64,000 nt of DNA from an uncultured Gammaproteobacteria bacterium (GTDB lineage Bacteria > Pseudomonadota > Gammaproteobacteria > Steroidobacterales > Steroidobacteraceae): NCBI GenBank assembly GCA_963828265.1, contig CAWHEA010000023.1, forward strand, positions 1,763-65,762, written 5' to 3'. The translations under genes and the position numbers were made by a program. Shown piece by piece: positions 39,549-49,228 of the stretch; position 1 is the stretch's first letter, and each line of letters starts with the position of its first letter. Below the pieces are notes generated by a model, which did not search any database, was not told the DNA's origin, and saw nothing but the letters and a program-made list of their open reading frames with translations.

Positions 39549-40768
39549 ATGAGGAAGGCGAGTTTCGTTCTCACCGGCGCGCTTGCGATGGCGGGCTGGC
39601 TCGGTGTCGCCGGCACCCTGCTGGTGGTTCCGGCCACTGCCGAGGCGCAGCAGAAGGTCAGCCAGAAGGTCGGCGTGCCGCTCAAGGCGGCGCAGGACAG
39701 CATCTCCAAGAAGAAGTGGGATGCGGCGCTCGCCAAGATCAAGGAAGCGGACGCTGCCCCGGGCAAGACGGCGTACGACCAGTACAAGATCAACGAGATG
39801 CTCTGGTACGTGTACCTGCAGCAGGGCCGCAATGCCGACGCGGCGCGCGTGCTCGAAGGCCAGATCGCTTCCGGCCAGATGCCGGCCGGCGAGAAGGTGC
39901 ACGCGCACCAAGACGCTGGCGCAGCTCTATGCCCGCGCGGGCAACTATGGCAAGGCGGCGTCGACGGCGCAGCAATACCTGAAGTCCGTTCCGGGCGACA
40001 AGGACATGCAGCTGCTGGTCGCCAACGCGTACTACCAGCAGAAGGACTACAAGGGCGCGATCGCCGCGGCGGATCGCGTCATGAAGGGCGGCGGCACGCC
40101 GAGCCAGGACCTGCTGCAGCTCGTGCTGCGCTCCAACTACGAGCTCGGTGATTCGGCCGGCACGGCCAAGGCGCTCGACCAGCTGCTCAAGTACTACCCG
40201 ACGACCGACACGTGGGAACGCGTGCTCGACGGCTACCTGAAGACGACCAAGCACGACCACGCGCTGATGGCGCTGTATCGCCTTGCCGAGGACGTCGGCG
40301 CGCTCAAGACGGCGCGACAGTTCACCGACATGACGCAGGCCCTCGATCATCGGCGGCTTCGGCCAGGAAGGCGAGCGCGTCATGCAGAAGGGCATCGCGG
40401 CGAACGTGTTCACCGGCGACGAGATGACGCGCGCCAAGCGCACGCTCGATGCCGCGAAGCGCAAGGCTGACGCGGAACGCGTGGCACTGCCGAAGGCGGC
40501 GGGCGCGCTTGCTGCGGCCAAGACCGGCGACGAGATGGAAAAGGTCGGCGAGCTGTACTTCAGCGCCGGTGACTATGCCAATGCGTCGGCGGCCCTGCAG
40601 AAGGCGGTCGCCAAGGGCGGCCTGACGGACGCGGACAGCGCCGAGATGCTGCTGGGCATCGCGCTGAAGCGCAAGGGCGACAAGGCCGGCGCGCAGAAGG
40701 CGTTCGATGCGATCAAGGATCCGAAGTTCGCGGAAATCGCGAAGCTCTGGAAGATCGCCGCGCGCTGA
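39549..40768 (+). CDS. Secreted tetratricopeptide-repeat protein, paralog 1 (frame-disrupted)
   Basis: Signal peptide MRKASFVLTGALAMAGWLGVAGTLLVVPATAEA followed by TPR-like helices. The C-terminus LYFSAGDYANASAALQKAVAKGG...IAKLWKI is shared with the 42779..44063 paralog. Frame changes occur near 39905 and 40355. Confidence 0.7.
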
Positions 40769-40810
40769 TCCTGCCGGCGCGTCAATGCGCCGCAGTGGAT
40801 CGAGAACGAG

Positions 40811-40840
40811 AGGGCACGGACGAAAGTTCGTGCCCTTTTT
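40811..40840 (+). terminator. Intrinsic terminator after TPR paralog 1
   Basis: AGGGCACG-gacgaaagtt-CGTGCCCT followed by TTTTT. Confidence 0.8.
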
Positions 40841-40902
40841 CATGGCGCCCTGACGCTGATACGAGCAAGGCCACTGAGTCGGACGCCTGGTCGAGGGCGT
40901 CC

Positions 40903-40975
40903 GTTCCGGGTCTTCTGCCGGGCGAGCGTGTCTGCCTTTCCGCTCGCTCGGAGAGGACCCGGATCGAAGGCCTGA
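40903..40975 (+). repeat. Conserved-loop hairpin repeat, copy 2 (long-stem form with flanking GGACCCGGATCGA module)
   Basis: TCCGGGTCTTCTGCCGGGCGAGC-GTGTCTGCCTTTCC-GCTCGCTCGGAGAGGACCCGGATC. The arms pair imperfectly. Confidence 0.7.
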
Positions 40976-41544
40976 TCAACCGCGCCTGTGCGAATTCTTG
41001 CCAACGCCCGAGAATTGGCACAGCGCATCTCGGTCGATCATGCCGTGTGATCATCATCGGGCACATCAATCCCTCTCATCGCATTGCATGTGCTCCTGCT
41101 GGCTTCCACTGTGCGCCTGCATCAGCTTCTGTCGCTCCTTCGGATCGGTGTCTGCGGCTCTGGTCCATCTGCCCTGCAGTGCTGTAATCTTTCCTGCATC
41201 GCTGACATCTGGGGTTCCATGTCAGCGGCGCGATCGCCAGCTTATCCGGCGACGAACGGGTCGTTGCGCCGACGCGGTGGGCGTCGACGAGGCGCAGACG
41301 ACGCTCGCGGCGATCAGGACTGGGGTCTTCGCGCAGCGCTCGATCTTCGCCTGGTCAGGCAGGTCCGGTGACTGCCGGCGGCCAGCGACACTTCGACACC
41401 GAGGTATGGCACAGCGGCGACATGGACCTTCGACCTTTATCGATGCTTCGGCAGCGACGAGAGGTCGTCGAATCGCTCGGTCGGGAAGTCCTGACTCCGC
41501 GTACCACCAGAGCAACCGGTAGACGCTCGCCATTACTCTGCAGG

Positions 41545-42066
41545 TCATTGGTGCGGCTTCTCGACGTAGGTGACCATGTCGATGCCGGGGCGACGCTCCG
41601 GCGAGTGCGCACCAGCGTCCCGTGAGCGCCGAATCGGCGTGACAGCCGACGTGGACCATCAGCATAGTCCGGCACTCGTGGTCCACGGATAGCCGACTTT
41701 CATCCTGCAGCAGGCTGAGGGCACGCCCATCGGGCGGGCCGGAATCACGCGACGGATCCGGGTACGATGAGTCGGCGACTGTCAGCTCTCGCCGTGGCGA
41801 AAAGTCGCCCAGGAGAGGTAGCTGGCCGATCCGCAGCCGCCCTTTTCGCTTGTAAGAAACGATAGCCACGCCGCCCGCCGCCTCGACCGGCGGGTCGAGC
41901 CTTGACCCATTTCCAACGGCAGCTGGGGGCGCGCTCGCGGGAGTTGCGGGGGCTCGCCGCGGAAGTCGCCGTGATTCCAGACCCGATGCTCGCCGCTGCC
42001 GCGCAGCAGCGCTGCGGATCCAGCGAGAACGGTGCGACGGGAGACAATCCGGCAGTGCGCCTTCAT
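41545..42066 (-). pseudogene. Possible RES-domain toxin gene, readable only across several frames
   Basis: The high-GC3 frame from ATG 42066 gives MKAHCRIVSRRTVLAGSAALLRGSGEHRVWNHGDF..QLPLEM, resembling the RES N-terminus (..R.....L.G.G.....GRW(N/H)..G....LE). An adjacent frame gives LGDF...ADSRRLIVPGS, which is VPS-like. The tail AHSPERRPGIDMVTYVEKPHQ-stop is back in the first frame. Pattern-based call, not verified. Confidence 0.35.
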
Positions 42067-42293
42067 GGGCTTCCATGTTGACCTCCGATCGAAGTAGTGC
42101 AGCCGAGCTGGACTGTGGCTTGGCAGTCACCGCGGACCTCGGCATCTTCGCTACGGATTCTCGCCGCCAGCAGCGGTCCGGCGTTCTCAGGTGAAACCAC
42201 TACCCGACGGCGCGAGGTTGCGCGCCGTGGCGAAAGCTCGTAGCAGCGCAGAGGCGTCCCAACCGACGTCATCGCCTCCGCAATCACGCTCAA
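42063..42293 (-). pseudogene. Possible Xre/DUF2384-type antitoxin remnant upstream of the RES-like gene
   Basis: Across frames: W-F-H/SPENAGPLLAARIRSEDAEVRGDCQATVQLG resembles the W..P......P..L......V...L..I..G C-terminal motif of RES-associated antitoxins. A GGAGG lies 5 nt before an ATG at the junction. Very tentative. Confidence 0.2.
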
Positions 42294-42314
42294 CGTGCGC
42301 AGTAGCGTACGTGC

Positions 42315-42695
42315 CTAGCAGCATGCGCAAGCGGGCTCATCGCTGCCGGCCGAGTAGAGCCACACTTCGCCGACCGCGAGCGAGCGGCCGGCCTTCATCA
42401 GCTTGCACACACCGACGATGTCCTGGCCCGACGAAGGCTTGCGCAGGAAGTTGACCGTCAGGCTCGTCGTCACGGCGAGCGGGACGATGCCGAGCCGGCC
42501 GAAGATCGCGACGTAAAGCGCGGCGTCCGCAACGGCCATCAGCACGGGTCCGGCAACGGTGCCGCCCGGACGCAATTCCTCGACCCCGATCCTGTGCCGA
42601 ACGGTGGCGGAGTCCGCGTCGACCGCTTCGATCGACACCTTGCTCTGCGGGAACGATTCCGCCATGAAGTCGCTGATCTGCTGCAAGGTCGCCAC
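42315..42695 (-). CDS. PaaI-family hotdog-fold thioesterase (3' end possibly frame-disrupted)
   Basis: GTG start. IEAVDADSATVRHRIGVEELRPGGTVAGPVLMAVADAALYVAIF...SLTVNFLRKPSSGQDIVGVCKLMKAGRSLAVGEVWLY is typical of PaaI/YdiI-type thioesterases. Confidence 0.55.
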   Translation of the reverse strand: MATLQQISDFMAESFPQSKVSIEAVDADSATVRHRIGVEELRPGGTVAGPVLMAVADAALYVAIFGRLGIVPLAVTTSLTVNFLRKPSSGQDIVGVCKLMKAGRSLAVGEVWLYSAGSDEPACACC

Positions 42696-42722
42696 GGTGG
42701 ATCGTCCGGAAGTGCTGCCAAC

Positions 42723-42756
42723 AAAAAGGCCCCGCGGGTCAGGAACCCACGGGGCC
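42723..42756 (-). terminator. Intrinsic terminator after TPR paralog 2
   Basis: On the minus strand, GGCCCCGTGGG-ttcctga-CCCGCGGGGCC followed by TTTTT. Confidence 0.75.
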
Positions 42757-42778
42757 CGGTTCACCGGCTCGAGCCGGA

Positions 42779-44063
42779 TCAGCCAGCCGCAGGAGCAGGA
42801 GCAGCGGCGGGCGCCGCCGTATCGAGCTTGAGCTTCCAGAGCCTGGCGATGTCGGTCAGTCCCGGTGCCTTGACCGCGTCGAACGCGGTGCGAGCTTCGG
42901 CCAGCTTGCCGAGGCGGGAGTTCGCGATGCCCGCAAGCATGTTCGCGTCGTCGATATCGGTCACGCCGCCTTTCGCCAGGCCCTTCTGGATCGCGTCGAC
43001 GGCGTTGGCGTAGTCGCCCGCGCTGAAGTACAGCTTGCCGATGGCGACCATCTGCGTGCCGGTCTTCGCCGCCGCCAGCTGCGCTGCCGCAGTGCCGAGG
43101 TCCTTGGCGTCCGCGGTCGCGCCGGTGCGGGCACGCTCGAGGTCCGCCTGCGCGCGCGCCTTCGAGTCGCCCTGCAAAAGGTTGCCCGCCATGCCGCGCT
43201 CGAGGACCTGCTTGGCTTCGTTCGGGTAGCCGCCGTTGACGAGCGTGCTGCCCATCTCGGCGAACTCCTCGCCCTTGTCGAGCGTGTCGGTGTCGTTCAT
43301 CAGGCGGTAGAGCGAACGCAGGCCGCGGTCGTCCTTCGTGCGGTAGAGCTGCGCGTTGAGCAGGTCTTCCCAGTACTTGGGCTGCCGGGTAGTGGCGCAC
43401 CAGGCCTTCGAGCGAACGCATGATGCCGGGTTCGTCCTTGAGTTCGTAGTTCGAGCGCAGGGCGAGCAGCAGGGCCGCTTCGGCGGGCTTCGGGCTCGAG
43501 GCGATGAGTTGCTCGGAGGCCGCCTTGGCGCCCTTGAAGTCGTTCGACAGGTAGCGGGCCTGGGCGAGTGAGAGCGCGATCTCCGCGTCGTTCGGGTTGA
43601 GCTTCAGGTACTCGGTGCCGCTCGCGATCGCCTTGTCGTACTGCTTGTTCTGCAGGTTCATCTGCGTGAGCGCACGCAGCCGCTGCGGCTTGTCGGCGTC
43701 GGGGACCATGCCCGAGGCCAGCGAGCGCTCGAGGATCTCGGCGGACTTCACGTAGTCCTTCTTCTGCAGGTAGATGTACCAGCCGAGTTCGTCGACCATG
43801 AAGGCGTCATAGGGCGTCTTGGGCTCGACTGCCTGCGCCGCCTGGATCTGGACGAGGGCTTCGTCCCAGTTCTTCGCGGTCATGGCGTTCTGCGCCGCAA
43901 CGAGCGGCTTCTGCACCGCCGGGCTCAACTTCTGCTTGGCAGCCGCCTTTTCCTTTTCGGCCGCGACGGCGACCGAAACGGGCAGCAGCGAGCCGCCGGC
44001 CACGCCGACGAGCCCGGCCGCGGCAAGGGCAGCCATCAACACTAGGTTCGCTTTCTTCATCAT
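42779..44063 (-). CDS. Secreted tetratricopeptide-repeat protein, paralog 2 (frame-disrupted)
   Basis: Signal peptide MMKKANLVLMAALAAAGLVGVAGG and TPR helices. The C-terminus LYFSAGDYANAVDAIQKGLAKGG...IARLWKL is paralogous to 39549..40768. The frame changes near 43385. Confidence 0.7.
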
Positions 44064-44738
44064 CGGCCTCTCGGGGCTGTGGGTCCTGGTGGCGCGCATT
44101 GTAGCGCCGGCAGGCCGGACAAGTAGCGTCTGACCGTCTCCAGGCTCACGACCTCGGCGTACTTGGCCTGCAGGTCGAACAGGTTGGCCTCGTGGGGCGC
44201 AGGATGCCGGTCACCGACCGCGTCGCGCACCACCCAGGGAATGAAGCCGTGCTGGCACGCGTCCAGCGCGGTGGCCCGGATGCAGCCGCTCGTGCTGACC
44301 CCTGCGATCAGCAGGGTGTCGACGCCCATGGCGGTGAGCGTGGACGACAGCGTGGTGCCGAAAAAGGCGCTGGCGTACTGCTTGGTGATCACGGTTTCGC
44401 CGGCAACCGGCTCCAGGGCCGGATCGAATCTCGGCAGCTCAGGATCGGCCCCGTCGGCAAAGCAGCCGAGGGCCGGGAGCTTGCGGAAAAAGACGCCGCC
44501 GTCGCGACCTCCCGCCTGGAAACGCACGTTGGTGTGCAGCACGGGGATGCCGGCGTCGCGCGCCGCCCGCAGCAGCACCGCGCAGGCGTCGCGGGCGGTC
44601 TCGACGCCCGGCATAGAGCGGGGAGCCCGGCTTGAGGTAAGCCATGACGAAGTCGACCACGATCAGCGCAGGCCGGTGGCCTGCCTGCAGCGCGTGGCCG
44701 AATCCGCCACCAGCGTAGTTGTCTTCGAGGCTCGCCAT
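44060..44738 (-). CDS. Isochorismatase-family cysteine hydrolase (frame-disrupted)
   Basis: PALIVVDFVMAY, ITKQYASAFFGT and LLIAGVSTSGCIRATALDA (catalytic Cys motif). The frame changes near 44610. Confidence 0.72.
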
Positions 44739-44745
44739 CGGCGCG

Positions 44746-45949
44746 TCAGATCACCTTGCGGGATTTCAGGTCTGCGTAGCGTTCGGCCGCCAGGCCGAGC
44801 AGCCTGCAGGAACACCTCGTCATTATGCTGCCCGAGGTCGGGACTGGGGGAGCGAACGCTGCCCGGCGTCTCCGACAGCTTCGGCGCGACGTTCTGCATG
44901 CGCAGGTCGCCGAAGTCCGGGTGCGGCACGGTGACGATGGCTTCGCGCGCCTTGAAGTGCGGATCTTCGAGCATCTCCGGGGCCCGGTAAATCAGGCCGG
45001 CTGGCACGCCGTGCTGGTCCATGAGGTCGAGGACGCCACGGGTGGTCAGCGTCTTGGTCCAGCGCTCGACCAGTGCGTCGAGTTCCTTCTGGTTCTCGCC
45101 GCGCGAGCTGTGCGTGGCGTAAAGGGGGTCGGTCGCGAGGCCCGGCTGTCCCATGGCCGCCGCCAGGCGCGCAAACACCGTGTCCTGGTTGGCGGCGATG
45201 AGGACCAGGCCGTCCTGCGTCTTGTAGACGTTGGACGGCGCCACGTTCGGCAGGATCGCGCCGGTGCGCTCGCGGATGAAGCCGGCCTTGTCGTATTCGG
45301 TGACCAGCGACTCCATCATGTTGAGCACGGCTTCGTAGATCGCCGAGTCGACGACCTGGCCGCGGCCGGTCATGTGCCGGTGGTGCAGCGCCGTGAGCGC
45401 GCCGATGCAGGCGAAGGTCGCGGCCAGCGAGTCGCCGATCGAGATACCCATGCGGGACGGGGGCGTGGTGGGATCGCCGACCACGTAGCGCAGGCCGCCC
45501 ATCGCTTCGCCGATGGCGCCGAAGCCGGCCTGCCGCGAATACGGGCCCGTCTGGCCGAAGCCGGACACGCGGATCATGATCAGCTTCGGGTTGATGGCCG
45601 AGAGCTCCGGCCAGCCCAGGCCCCATTTCTCCATGGTGCCGGGGCGGAAGTTCTCGAGCAGGAAGTCCGATTCCGCCACCAGCGACTTGAGGATTTCCTG
45701 GCCTTCGGGCTGGCGCAGGTCGAGCGTGATCGCTTTCTTGTTGCGGGCGACGACGGGCCACCACAGCGACTTGCCGTTCGCCTTCTCGCGACCCCAGACC
45801 CGCATCGGGTCGCCCTGGCCCGGCGGCTCCACCTTGATCACTTCGGCGCCGAAGTCGCCGAGCAGCTGGCCGCAGAAGGGACCGGCGAGCAGGGTGCCGA
45901 GTTCGATCACGCGCAGCCCGGCGAGCGGGCCGGAGGCGGGACGGGTCAT
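44746..45949 (-). CDS. CaiB/BaiF-family (class III) CoA-transferase (frame change near 3' end)
   Basis: GLRVIELGTLLAGPFCGQLLGDFGAEVIKVEPP, DFLLENFRPGTMEKWGLG and GQHNDEV. The frame changes near 44800, and the shifted tail reads LLGLAAERYADLKSRKVI. Confidence 0.82.
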
Positions 45950-46043
45950 GAAGTCACCTCGTGAGTCGCCGTGGGGATCATTGCAGGGATCGCCTTGTAT
46001 TCGCTGCGCATGGTTCTTAACCTTGGCGTGCACGTCCGGATCA

Positions 46044-46064
46044 AATGTTATATTAATATACATT
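46044..46064. promoter_or_regulatory. AT-rich near-palindrome in a divergent promoter region
   Basis: AATGTTATATTAATATACATT has a perfect 12-bp core TATATTAATATA. It lies between the divergently oriented CoA-transferase and HMG-CoA-lyase-like genes. Confidence 0.4.
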
Positions 46065-46096
46065 AGATATGTTTTAGCCGCGACCGGAAGCCCGCC

Positions 46097-47014
46097 ATGA
46101 GCACGCACGTCGACATCGTCGAAGTCGGTCCCCGCGATGGGTTGCAGAGCGAGCCGGGCGTGTTCCCGACGGCGGCCAAGATCGAGTTCATTCGTCGCGC
46201 GCTCGCGGCCGGACTGCGCCGCGTCGAGGTCACCAGCTTCGTCAATCCGAAGAAGGTGCCGCAGATGGCCGACGCCGAAGAAGTGCTGCAGGCACTCGGC
46301 GCGCCACCGTCGGGCGTGCACTTCATCGGACTCGTGCTCAACCGCAGGGGTTTCGAGCGCGCGGTGGCGGCGGGCTGCAACGAGGTCGGCATGGCGGTGG
46401 TCGCCAGCGACACGTTCAATCGTCGCAACCAGGGCGTCTCCACCGACGAATCCATCGCGGCGTGGCTCGACATCGCGCGTGCGGCGGAACAGGCCGGCAT
46501 CCGCGCCCAGGTGACCGTCTCGGCGGCATTCGGCTGTCCGTTCGAGGGCGAGATCGCGGTGGAGCGCGTCGTCGAAGTCGCGCAGCGCGTCGCCGAGGCG
46601 CGGCCGTTCGAGATCGCGCTCGCCGATACCATCGGTGTCGGCGTCCCCACGCAGGTCACGGAGATCGTGTCGCGAGTGCGCGAAGCGGTACCCGGCATCC
46701 CGCTGCGCTGCCACTTTCACAACACCCGCAACACCGGCTTCGCCAACGCGTTCGCCGCGCTGCAGGCCGGCGTGCGCACGCTCGACGCCAGCCTCGGCGG
46801 CATCGGCGGTTGTCCGTTCGCGCCGGCGGCCACGGGCAACATCGCGACCGAAGACCTGCTTTATCAGCTGCATCGCGCCGGTTACCAGACCGGCGTTTCG
46901 CTCGATGCCGCGATCGAGACCGGCAAGTGGCTGCAGGAGCAGCTCGGGCGCAACGTGCCCGGCATGCTGGTGAAGGCGGGCGGATTCCCGAGGCCGACGA
47001 TCGCGGCGGCCTGA
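46097..47014 (+). CDS. Hydroxymethylglutaryl-CoA lyase-like (HMGL family) protein
   Basis: Intact 305-aa ORF with VEVGPRDGLQSE, VTSFVNPKKVPQMAD, HFHNTRNTGFANAFAALQAG and GGIGGCPFAP. Confidence 0.85.
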   Translation: MSTHVDIVEVGPRDGLQSEPGVFPTAAKIEFIRRALAAGLRRVEVTSFVNPKKVPQMADAEEVLQALGAPPSGVHFIGLVLNRRGFERAVAAGCNEVGMAVVASDTFNRRNQGVSTDESIAAWLDIARAAEQAGIRAQVTVSAAFGCPFEGEIAVERVVEVAQRVAEARPFEIALADTIGVGVPTQVTEIVSRVREAVPGIPLRCHFHNTRNTGFANAFAALQAGVRTLDASLGGIGGCPFAPAATGNIATEDLLYQLHRAGYQTGVSLDAAIETGKWLQEQLGRNVPGMLVKAGGFPRPTIAAA

Positions 47015-47040
47015 CGACTACGAACACAACAGGTGACTGC

Positions 47041-49193
47041 ATGACTTACCGACTTGGCGTCGACGTGGGCGGGACCTTCACCGACCTGCTGCTGGTGAAC
47101 GAGAAGACGGGGCAGACGTGGAAGGCGAAGGTGTCCTCCACGCCGCACGACCAGTCGGAGGGCGTGCTGCGCGGCATCGAGCGCGTCTGCGGTCTCGCGG
47201 CCATCTCGCCCGAGGAAATCGACCACGTCATGCATGGCACCACCGTCGCGACCAACACCGTGCTCACGGGCACCGGCGCGCGCGTGGGCCTCGTCACCAC
47301 CAGGGGCTACCGGCAGGTGCTGCAGATCGCGCGCAGCTTCGTGCCGGGCGGCCTCGGCGGCTGGGTCATCTACAACAAGTCGCTGCCGATGGCGCCGCTC
47401 GCGCTGACGATCGAAGCGGACGAGCGCGTCGGCTCCAAGGGCGACGTGGTCACGGCGCTCAACGAAGCGAAGCTGCGCGACGACCTGCGCGCGCTCGGCG
47501 CGAAGAACATCGAAGCGCTCACCGTCTCGCTGATCAACGCGTTCGCCAACGACAAGCACGAGCGCCGCATCAAGGAGATCGCACAGGAAGTGCTGCCGGG
47601 CATTCCGGTGTCGCTGTCGTCCGAGGTCGTGCCCGAGATGCAGGAGTACGAGCGCACGGTCACCACCGTCGCGAACTCGTACGTGCGGCCGCGCGTGCAG
47701 AAGTACGTCAAGAACCTGCAGACCAAGCTCGAGGCCAAGGCGAAGCGCGTCAAGCTGCACATCCTGCGTTCCGACGGCGGCCTCGCCTCGGCGAAGTCGG
47801 CCGAGGATTTCCCCGTCAACCTGCTGATGTCCGGTCCTGCCGGCGGCGTGACCGGCGCGCTGTGGGGCGCGGTGCAGGCGGGCTTCCCGAACCTGCTCAC
47901 GGTGGACGTGGGCGGCACGTCGACCGACGTCGCGCTGATCATGGACGGGCAGCCGCGCCTGCGGCGCGAAACCACGGTGGGCGACGTCACCGTGCGCGCC
48001 TCGTCGGTCGACATCCGCACGGTCGGCGCGGGTGGCGGCTCGATCGCCCACGTGCCGGAGCTCACCGGCGCGCTGCGCGTGGGCCCGCAGTCGGCCGGCG
48101 CGGACCCGGGTCCCGCGGCCTATGGCAGGGGCGGCACGGAACCCACGGTGACCGACGCCAACGTCGTGCTCGGTTACCTGCCCGAGATGCAGAAGCTCGG
48201 CGGCGACATGGTGCTCGATCGCAAGCTCGCGCAGCAGTCCGTCGAAAAGGTCGGCAAGGCGCTCGGCAAGACGCCCAAGGACGCCGCGCTCGGCATCTAC
48301 AACATCGTCAACGAGAACATGGTGGGCGCGCTGCGGCTCGTCTCGGTCGAGCAGGGCCACGACCCGCGCGATTACGCGCTGATCGCGTTCGGCGGCGCCG
48401 GCCCGCTGCACGCCAATGCGCTGTCGATCCTGCTCGGCTCCTGGCCGTCGATCATTCCGCCGGGTCCCGGGCGTGCTGTGCGCATTGGGTGACGCCACGA
48501 CGGCGGTTCGCGACGAGTCTTCGCGCACCTACATCCGCAAGTTCTCCGAGACCTCGAAGGACGACATCCTCAAGCAGCTGAAGGCGCTGGCGGCCGACGC
48601 GGCCAAGGCGCTCGCCGGCGAGAAGGTTGCGGCCAAGGACATGGCGTTCGGCTACCAGGTGGACGTGCGCTACCACGGCCAGGGCCTGCGTCTCACGGTC
48701 GATGTCGACCTGCAGCGCCTCGAGAAAGAAGGCCTGGCCGCGATCTCGGGCCCGTTCGACGCAGAGCACACGCGGCTGTTCACGTTCGCGCTGCCGCTCG
48801 AGCACGAGTTCGTGGCGCTTGCGCGCCGTGGTGCAGGGCAAGGGCATCAACGTCAAGCGCCAGGTCATTGCACGCGGCGGCGCCTCGCCCGCGGCGGCAG
48901 CCGTCGGCAAGCAGAAGGCCTACATGGTCGGCAAGGACTGCGTCGCGACGGTGTACGACCGTGCGAAGCTCAAGGCCGGCAACCGCATCGCCGGTCCCGC
49001 GATCGTGATGGAGATGGACTCCACGTCCGTGATCCTGCCGAGGCACCACGGCAAGGTGGATGCCCACGGCAACATCCTGATCTACCCCGACGATTACCAG
49101 GCGCCCCGGGCGAAGGCAGGCGCAGCAAAGCCGAAGGCGGCTCCCGCGAAGGTCAAGCGCACGGTCAAGAAGACCGTCCGCAAGGCCAAGTAA
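47041..49193 (+). CDS. hyuA: Hydantoinase/oxoprolinase A-family (HyuA-like) ATP-dependent hydrolase/carboxylase subunit (frame-disrupted)
   Basis: LGVDVGGTFTDLLLV, HGTTVATNTVL, VDVGGTSTDVALI and AFGGAGPLHA. Frame changes occur near 48470 and 48825. It has an unusual Lys/Ala/Pro-rich C-terminal tail. Confidence 0.8.
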
Positions 49194-49228
49194 CCGCTAC
49201 CCGCCCAACGCATTCCGGAGATACGCAC

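Noticed and set aside
41222-42145. The 307-aa ORF 41222..42145 (-) as a genuine protein.
   Set aside because: Third-position G+C is low relative to the real genes here, the composition is Arg/Ser/Ala/Pro-rich, and there are no motifs. A different frame over the same DNA has the expected codon bias and RES-like motifs.
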